Origin: a virus
IMG/VR virus record: IMGVR_UViG_3300045988_183523
Span: 40,364 to 104,363 of that record
Strand: one strand, 5' to 3'
Length of the DNA: 64,000 nt
The stretch's first letter is position 1. Each line of letters begins with the position of its first letter. Below, one piece after another: positions 57,416-64,000 of this stretch. The notes beneath the pieces were generated by a model, which saw only the letters and a list, made by a program, of their open reading frames with translations, was not told the origin of the DNA and ran no database searches. The position numbers and the translations under genes are program-made.

Positions 57416-59584
57416 ATGAAAATAAAAAAAATAATCTCTATTATTTTAGCTAATATAATTATTTTTTCTTATGCAACAACAGCTTATGCGGCAACAGAAT
57501 ACAAAAATTCATCCGGTTCTGTTGCGGAGGATATAACGAACACCGATATAGTAGGTGTTGATGAAAATCAAAATGCTCAAACAAAGTATAATGAATTTAA
57601 TGTTGATAACAGTGCTATAACAAGAGTATATGTTTCGCAAACATCAACATTTTCGGTAACAGCACCAGTAGTTGCAATACTCAATGGTCAACCTGATGAC
57701 AGCGGTAATTATACAGGCAATGTCGAATATTCAGCAGTAGGAAATATAGCTTCAAACGAAAAAATTGTTGTAACTCCTGATGACACTTTTAATCTTTCGC
57801 AAAACGGAAAAGATGATATTAACTGTTCGATCACATTAAATGATGATAATAATTCAAAAACAGATTTTACATATGTTAACGGACTTCGAGAGGATAATTC
57901 ACTAAAACATACTTATACACTTTCAACTAAAGATATTTCAGCAGGTTCATGGCACGGTCAATACAATACAAATATCTTTTTGGCAAGTAATGAACTATAT
58001 TATTCTTCAATTGATAAAGCAGTAAATGATGCTAACAATTTGACAACTCAAAATGCTGATGTTTTAACTAAAAATTCAAAAAGCGCAGAAGCAAGTGTAT
58101 TTGTTCAAGACAATGTTACATACATTACTTTAATGAATGATGTAACTAATGCTGATAATATTGTTCTTACAAACGATACAGTCCTTGACCTTAATTTTCA
58201 TACCTTGTCTTTTGAATCAGGTAAATATCTTGAATTTAACAAAAATTTGACAGTATACGATGGTGTTATAAATATTGATGATTCACATTACGGAATACTT
58301 GGTGCAAAAGATAATACAGAAAACTCATTTGTACTAAATAATGTTACATTTAATCAAAATATAAGTGAAAATATAAGTTATAATTCTTTTTGTATTGATA
58401 TAAGCACTTCAAATAGTAATTGTTCAAATTTAAAAATTTATCAAAAAGGAAAAGGTAATTCATCATATGGTGTATACGGATATACGAACAGAAATAAAGA
58501 TGAAAAAGCACAAGGATTTTTAGAACATTTTATTTTTGAAAGCACAGTTGAAAATCCTTTGAAAATTCGTGGAACTCAAAATGGTGGAAATGATGAGATC
58601 AGTAATGCAAAAATAAAAATAAATCTACAAAATAATTCTTCTATATCAACCGGAATATATAGTGCTAATACTTCATCAAACCTAAAAATATTAGATAGTG
58701 ATGTAGATATTTATTCGACAAGTGGGTATGTTAGTGGAATAGAATCACGCTCTATTAATACAACCATTAAAAATTGTAGTGTAAATAGTGACGATTTTAC
58801 AAAAAAATCAGACAGAGATGGTAGTACCGGAGTAGCCATCATTCTGCAAAACAAACCTACAACATCAAGTAAAACAATAGTTGAAGATTGCACCATTTAT
58901 GGAAAACAGTGGGGGTTGGAAACTCCGGCTTATAGCGAAGTTGTAATTAAAAACTGTGATGTGACTTCCACAAATCATACAGCATATATTTGCGGTAATG
59001 GTGATGTCTATAATTCAACATTTAAAATTGCTAACAGAGATAAATATCTAAATGGCACTCTCGACACCCCATATGGATTCTATGCCGGAAGTCCATACGA
59101 TAAAGTTAAAACACATATTGTTAATATCTATAATTGCGAAATTGGCAATCCGATTGACACATCAGGAAAAAACATTCCTGAAAATGGTGTAACGGCTAAA
59201 AATAATGGCTATTATCCACCAAAGGAAATAAATATTTATGATTCAGTAGTATATCAAGGTCGTCAAGCAGTATTTAATTTTAACGCTTCTTCGCCATATA
59301 TAAAGAATTTTGCAAAATTTAATTTATATGGAAATACAAAACTAATGACAAATTCGAAAACAGAATTATCAAAAAATCAAGTTGCGTTTGATATTGAATG
59401 GTTTAAAAATCCAGATATTACTTACAATTTAAAAGGTGATTGGGAAGCAGCCAAGGATGATTATATTTATTATGGAATAATGAGTAGTCCGAATAAACTT
59501 ATTAACGCAAATATGTATTGTAAAGAAAATGCTCCTAAATCTGAAGCTTATGAAGATTATGCAAATGTGTACGATTACAGATGA
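57416..59584 (+). CDS. Secreted protein: shared N-terminal module + right-handed beta-helix (pectate-lyase-like) repeats
   Basis: Signal peptide ...TTAYA|AT. Shared module. N/S/T/G-rich ~22-aa periodic repeats. The C-terminal ~90 aa are homologous to the C-terminus of 59696. Confidence 0.5.
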   Translation: MKIKKIISIILANIIIFSYATTAYAATEYKNSSGSVAEDITNTDIVGVDENQNAQTKYNEFNVDNSAITRVYVSQTSTFSVTAPVVAILNGQPDDSGNYTGNVEYSAVGNIASNEKIVVTPDDTFNLSQNGKDDINCSITLNDDNNSKTDFTYVNGLREDNSLKHTYTLSTKDISAGSWHGQYNTNIFLASNELYYSSIDKAVNDANNLTTQNADVLTKNSKSAEASVFVQDNVTYITLMNDVTNADNIVLTNDTVLDLNFHTLSFESGKYLEFNKNLTVYDGVINIDDSHYGILGAKDNTENSFVLNNVTFNQNISENISYNSFCIDISTSNSNCSNLKIYQKGKGNSSYGVYGYTNRNKDEKAQGFLEHFIFESTVENPLKIRGTQNGGNDEISNAKIKINLQNNSSISTGIYSANTSSNLKILDSDVDIYSTSGYVSGIESRSINTTIKNCSVNSDDFTKKSDRDGSTGVAIILQNKPTTSSKTIVEDCTIYGKQWGLETPAYSEVVIKNCDVTSTNHTAYICGNGDVYNSTFKIANRDKYLNGTLDTPYGFYAGSPYDKVKTHIVNIYNCEIGNPIDTSGKNIPENGVTAKNNGYYPPKEINIYDSVVYQGRQAVFNFNASSPYIKNFAKFNLYGNTKLMTNSKTELSKNQVAFDIEWFKNPDITYNLKGDWEAAKDDYIYYGIMSSPNKLINANMYCKENAPKSEAYEDYANVYDYR

Positions 59585-59594
59585 TTGTAATAAT

Positions 59595-59630
59595 AAAAAA
59601 CCAGTTACATTTTGTAATTGGTTTTTTATT
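59595..59630 (+). terminator. rho-independent terminator
   Basis: aaaaaaccagttaca-ttt-tgtaattggtttttt. Confidence 0.6.
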
Positions 59631-59658
59631 ATTTTTTATGTAGTTTTTAATTTTTTTT

Positions 59659-59666
59659 ACTATATA
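59659..59666 (+). promoter_or_regulatory. Recurrent promoter-like motif copy (ttttttttTTACTATATAat)
   Basis: Upstream of 59696. Confidence 0.35.
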
Positions 59667-59695
59667 ATCTTGTAAACAAAGAAGGAAGTGAAAAA

Positions 59696-62326
59696 ATGAA
59701 AAGAAATAAATTTTGGAAATTGATAGCTTTTTGTATGATGATAATTACAACATTATCAATATCGACTCCTGCAATGGCAGCAAGTAAATATATGAATTCA
59801 TCTGGTTCGGTTATTGAAGATATAGTTAACAGCGTAAAAACAGGAAAAGATAAAAATCAAAACGAAGAAACAAAATATAAAAGTTATTCAAGTGATAGTT
59901 CGACAACAACAAGCGTATATGTTTCGCAAGCTTCTACCTTTTCTGTTATAGCACCTGTAATTGTCACAATGAATGGAGAAGCAGACAAAAATGGAAATTA
60001 TACAGGTACAATTAAATACAGTGTTACCGGAAATATCGCCGGCAATGAAGTAGTTACAGTAGAACCGGATTCATCCTTTGAATTAAAACAACCTGAAAAA
60101 GAAAATATTTTATGTAATATTGTATCAAATGATGGAAACACAGCAAAAACTAAATTTACTTACGGTGAAGGATTAAAAATAGGTAATACAGTATCACAAG
60201 AATACACTTTAACTACAAAAGATGTAACGGCAGGTTCTTGGGTTGGATATTTTTCAACAAATATTTCTATTTCTGATTCGGAAAAATTTTATTCTTCAGT
60301 TAAAAAAGCCGTTGATGATGCTAATAATTTAACAACCGAGAATGCTGACATTTCTGTAAGTAATGTGAATAACGCAGCAGCAAGTCTTTTCGTGTCGAAT
60401 AACAATGCCTATATAACTTTATTAAATGATGCAAGTGATGTTGAAGCACTAACATTAAACAATAATACGGTTTTGGATTTACAAAATAATTCATTATCTT
60501 TTAAAACAGGCAAAAATCTTGTTTTTAATAAAGATTTTACAATTCTAAACGGAAATGTTATTTCGACTGATACAAATAAAACAATTCAAGGCTCAACAAG
60601 CAATACTAATGGTGAATTTTATTTGAATGACATTAAACTTACACAAAATGTTACTTCATCAATCAGTTTTACTGCAATAGGCGTTGATATAAGCACTCTA
60701 AATTCAACATTTAGAAATTTTAGTATAATTCAACAGGGGAGCGGCAATAACTCATACAATACATTAGGAATTGCAACACGAAATAAAAGTACGGATTCAA
60801 ACACACTAATTGATAATTTTAACTTTGATTCAACAGTAACTGGCGGAAATTATCAGACTGCTGTTCAGCCATTTGGAAATACTGTAATAAGTAATTTTAA
60901 CATTATTATAAATACTGTTAATGCAGGTACAAGGGCATTTAATGCTCCACAATCAGCTGTTAATTTCACTGCTAAAAGTGGAAATATTGATTTGAAAACA
61001 AATCGTGAAATAAGCGATAATGGAACATTTGCAGTAAATATATGTGCTTCTGTGGCAAGTAATATAAAAGATGTAAACATAAATTTAAAAGGAAACACTT
61101 CTGAAATAAGAGGTATACAGATTCCATCTAATTCTTACAATAATAAGTTAGAAAATGTAACAATAGATCTCGAATCAAATTCAAATAATATATTCGGAAT
61201 TGCAACTTTTGGTAATGATTTAACAATGATTGATTCAAATATTCAAGTAAACTCGAAAAATGCTCAAAATGGTAACGCAATTTGCGGAATTACCGGAAAT
61301 AATAAATATACAAATGAATATTTAAAAGTAATCAATTCAAAAATTTCTGTTAATTCTGAAGGAAATAATCAACCTATTGTTAACGGAATAGAACTTTGGA
61401 AATATGATTTAGATGTCAATGGAAGTGAAATCACAACGAATTCTATCAACTCAAATCAGGATTACGGAATTCAAACTACTAATGAAAATATAAATATTGT
61501 AAATACTAATGTTACTTGCAATACGAAGAATGTAACCACCGGGGCTGCAGTTAAAGTTGAAAATGATTCAAATGTTTCAAATAAAAAAACCTATATAACA
61601 AAATCTGATATATATGGAACACATAATGGCGTTATTACATCGGAAAAAAATAAAACAGAAATTAAAAATTCAAATATTACTTCTGCAACTGAACCAATCA
61701 CAATTAAAGAAAATACTGATGTTTATGATTCAAAAATTAAAACTATCAATAGAGATAAGTATAGTGCCAAAGAAATAGGTCCTTCATTTTTTTCAGTAAA
61801 AATCATAAGAAGTGATAATAATGATTCGGCTCGTAATACAATAAATTTCTATAATTGTGAAATAGGAAATCCTATGGATGATGTTTCAAATTATTCATAT
61901 TACACTTTTCTTACCTATAATGATAGTTGTGCATCATGTCCTTTTGATGTTAACATTTATGATTCAATAACATATAAAGGTAAAACAAATTATATTTATT
62001 TAGGTACACCTATTTCATCTTTTGTTAAAAAGGGAACAAAAAAATCGACAACATATAATCTATATGGTTCAACAAAAATAATGAAAGATAATCAAACTGA
62101 AATATCGAAAGAACAGATTGCATCGGATATTGAATACTTTAATGATCAAAATAACTGGACTTATCCAATAAGAGGTAATGCAAGTGATTCTACACCAGAT
62201 GATGAAAAGTATTATGCATCATTATGGACTCCTAATAGAATTATTGAAGCGCATTATTATTGTGCAGACGGCACACCAAAGTCATATGCATACGAAGATA
62301 CATGTGGATTACATGATAAACGATGA
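59696..62326 (+). CDS. Secreted protein: shared N-terminal module + long beta-helix repeat region (876 aa)
   Basis: Signal peptide ...STPAMA|AS. Shared module with AGSWVGYFSTNI. Beta-helix-like repeats. C-terminus homologous to 57416. Confidence 0.5.
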   Translation: MKRNKFWKLIAFCMMIITTLSISTPAMAASKYMNSSGSVIEDIVNSVKTGKDKNQNEETKYKSYSSDSSTTTSVYVSQASTFSVIAPVIVTMNGEADKNGNYTGTIKYSVTGNIAGNEVVTVEPDSSFELKQPEKENILCNIVSNDGNTAKTKFTYGEGLKIGNTVSQEYTLTTKDVTAGSWVGYFSTNISISDSEKFYSSVKKAVDDANNLTTENADISVSNVNNAAASLFVSNNNAYITLLNDASDVEALTLNNNTVLDLQNNSLSFKTGKNLVFNKDFTILNGNVISTDTNKTIQGSTSNTNGEFYLNDIKLTQNVTSSISFTAIGVDISTLNSTFRNFSIIQQGSGNNSYNTLGIATRNKSTDSNTLIDNFNFDSTVTGGNYQTAVQPFGNTVISNFNIIINTVNAGTRAFNAPQSAVNFTAKSGNIDLKTNREISDNGTFAVNICASVASNIKDVNINLKGNTSEIRGIQIPSNSYNNKLENVTIDLESNSNNIFGIATFGNDLTMIDSNIQVNSKNAQNGNAICGITGNNKYTNEYLKVINSKISVNSEGNNQPIVNGIELWKYDLDVNGSEITTNSINSNQDYGIQTTNENINIVNTNVTCNTKNVTTGAAVKVENDSNVSNKKTYITKSDIYGTHNGVITSEKNKTEIKNSNITSATEPITIKENTDVYDSKIKTINRDKYSAKEIGPSFFSVKIIRSDNNDSARNTINFYNCEIGNPMDDVSNYSYYTFLTYNDSCASCPFDVNIYDSITYKGKTNYIYLGTPISSFVKKGTKKSTTYNLYGSTKIMKDNQTEISKEQIASDIEYFNDQNNWTYPIRGNASDSTPDDEKYYASLWTPNRIIEAHYYCADGTPKSYAYEDTCGLHDKR

Positions 62327-62327
62327 A

Positions 62328-62368
62328 ACAAAAGAGAGAAATCGTTATTGATTTCTCTCTTTTGTTAT
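62328..62368 (+). terminator. rho-independent terminator
   Basis: acaaaagagagaaatc-gttatt-gatttctctcttttgt. Confidence 0.75.
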
Positions 62369-62387
62369 GTACTTTTTTGTTTTTTTT

Positions 62388-62395
62388 ACTATATA
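62388..62395 (+). promoter_or_regulatory. Recurrent promoter-like motif copy (ttttttttTTACTATATAaac)
   Basis: Upstream of the sortase gene. Confidence 0.35.
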
Positions 62396-62421
62396 AACAT
62401 GAATAGCAAAGGAGGATTTTT

Positions 62422-63291
62422 ATGAGTACAAAATCAATAAAAATAGTGACAGTTTTAATTTCGATAGCACTAATTACCTGTGTAGCGTTTTTGTTAATAT
62501 TTAAAATAAATGTTAATAATTCGTATAAACAAACTAATCAAGTTATGCAGAGTGTATTGGTGAAAAATTCAAAAGATGAAAATGATGTCGATTGGGAAAA
62601 ATTGAAAGCGAAAAATAAAGATGTTATTGGCTGGCTGTCGATAAACGACACAACAATAAATACGCCTATTGTTCAATCAACAGATAATTCATATTACTTA
62701 AAGAAAAATTTTAACAAAAAATATTCTTTTAACGGTAATCCATTTATTGATTACCGTAATGATATGAATATAGGTGATACTAATACTATTATATACGGTC
62801 ATAATATGAGAGATAGTCAATTATTTGGAGAATTACTTGACATATATAAAAACTCACAAACGGCAAGTAATTACAAAATAATAAAATTGAAAACACCTAA
62901 AAGTGTACACAAATATGCAATAATTGGAGCTTTTTATACCAATTCAGAGCCTAAAGATGATAATGGATATGTTTTTGAATACAATTCACCTAATTTAGAC
63001 GAAGGCGATTATGCTGACTTTTTAGCACAACTTGAACAGAGATACATATTTACATCCGGTGTTGATGTGAATATGTCTGATAAACTTCTAACTCTTTCTA
63101 CATGTGCTTATCAATTTAAAAATGAGAGATTTGTAGTTGTCGCAAGAGAACTTCGTAATGGTGAATCAGAAAATTCAATAAAATTCAATTTTGAAGATGT
63201 AAATAATCCGAGGTATCCCGACAAATGGTATAAAGTAAACCACAAAAATAACATTTACAAAAATTTGCCTAAATGGTCATTAAGCGAGTAA
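62422..63291 (+). CDS. srtB: Class B sortase
   Basis: N-terminal TM. DVIGWLSINDTTINTPIVQ...NTIIYGHNM (catalytic His)...LLTLSTC (catalytic Cys)...RFVVVAREL (Arg) align closely with S. aureus SrtB. Confidence 0.85.
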   Translation: MSTKSIKIVTVLISIALITCVAFLLIFKINVNNSYKQTNQVMQSVLVKNSKDENDVDWEKLKAKNKDVIGWLSINDTTINTPIVQSTDNSYYLKKNFNKKYSFNGNPFIDYRNDMNIGDTNTIIYGHNMRDSQLFGELLDIYKNSQTASNYKIIKLKTPKSVHKYAIIGAFYTNSEPKDDNGYVFEYNSPNLDEGDYADFLAQLEQRYIFTSGVDVNMSDKLLTLSTCAYQFKNERFVVVARELRNGESENSIKFNFEDVNNPRYPDKWYKVNHKNNIYKNLPKWSLSE

Positions 63292-63328
63292 TACATATTT
63301 TGAAAAAATATAGGAGGTGAAAAATACG

Positions 63329-63526
63329 ATGTTTAAAAAATTGATTAACGAAATCAAAAAACTTGAATCTTTAAAACAAGCTAAACTTGAACAAAAAGCT
63401 AAACTTGATGCAGAAATCAAAATTATTGAAGCTAAATTAAAGCCAAAATATGCAGCAAGAACCAAATATGAAGAAGCTGAAAAAATGGCTCAAGAAGCTT
63501 TAGATTTTGATACGAAGGAAGAATAA
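63329..63526 (+). CDS. small coiled-coil protein (65 aa from ATG 63329)
   Basis: RBS aggagg. K/E/A-rich heptads. Confidence 0.35.
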   Translation: MFKKLINEIKKLESLKQAKLEQKAKLDAEIKIIEAKLKPKYAARTKYEEAEKMAQEALDFDTKEE

Positions 63527-63628
63527 TTTGGAATAATCGTTTGCAATATTCTCGTGAGTTTGGTTATGAGAGTACTTACTAATTACAGACAATTCTAAAA
63601 AATAATTATGTAAAAACGCATTTTTTTT

Positions 63629-63636
63629 ACTATATA
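63629..63636 (+). promoter_or_regulatory. Recurrent promoter-like motif copy (ttttttttTTACTATATAacc) followed by >360 nt without an ORF to the window end
   Basis: Read directly. Confidence 0.3.
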
Positions 63637-64000
63637 ACCATGTAGCAATAAAAAGAAGTTGTTTGCTATATCATTTTATCTCTGCGGAGGTACAGTGATT
63701 TAAGTGATCGTGTTAAGTTACTTGTGAGGTGCTTAACTTGGCATAAGATATTTTTTCGGTTTTAGCCTTGTGCATGAATGTACTAAATCATAACCATACA
63801 AGTAATAACAAAAAAGTTAGGACTTTTTGTATTGAGTGGCTAAAAAGCTACGCATAGTTTTTCTAACGATATAATGGATGTTTTGTAAGAGTGTACATAT
63901 TACTTATATGAAATTATATCGCCGCCCTCCCTAATTTGCCGATAGATAGTAATCCTCCCACTATAAGGGATGTGAAAAGGTCTATCGGTCCTATGTAACC

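Noticed and set aside
63540-64000. tRNA or att site at the 3' end of the window
   Set aside because: No cloverleaf-compatible sequence (no GTTC/TTCGA T-loop context) was found. No integrase is nearby.

Overview
This is AT-rich DNA with low-GC Firmicute (Clostridia-like) codon usage. Almost every gene is on the + strand and there are no rRNA/tRNA or housekeeping genes. I read the window as a segment of a large mobile element: a conjugative plasmid or ICE carrying a phage-derived accessory block. No integrase, relaxase or transposase is visible. The order along the window is as follows. (1) 1-6.8 kb: a truncated DNA/RNA non-specific nuclease, a GHKL-ATPase + STAS-like (DUF4325-like) pair, a tandem-repeat array, a DUF3825-like gene and a CoiA-like gene. 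(2) 6.9-7.7 kb: a structured non-coding region with a tiny hydrophobic ORF. (3) 7.8-31 kb: secreted or surface proteins (Fn3 + transglutaminase-like; a 1961-aa Cna-B-type adhesin with an IPKTG sorting signal; a 1971-aa Cys-repeat/BspA-LRR protein). This stretch is interrupted by a conjugation module (VirD4/TraG-type coupling protein, tandem paralogs, S1-domain protein, SpoVG-like). (4) 31-33 kb: flotillin. (5) 33-48 kb: a dense phage-like block of small genes (four GIY-YIG, two YopX, duplicated gene pairs, a Pol-beta nucleotidyltransferase, a T4 Rnl1-like RNA ligase, a LemA cluster). (6) 48-52 kb: an orphan promoter-terminator small-RNA candidate, a Big_2 surface protein and a long-form hpf. 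(7) 52.9-62.3 kb: a cluster built around a P-type signal peptidase I and four secreted paralogs that share a conserved N-terminal module starting right at the predicted cleavage site. (8) 62.4-63.3 kb: a class B sortase. A conserved ~20-nt promoter-like motif (A5-tract + TTACTATATA) sits before at least 13 transcription units across the whole window. The most interesting candidates are the signal-peptidase/shared-module secretion cluster, the GHKL+STAS pair, the RNA-ligase/NTase phage block, the repeat array and the orphan sRNA unit.
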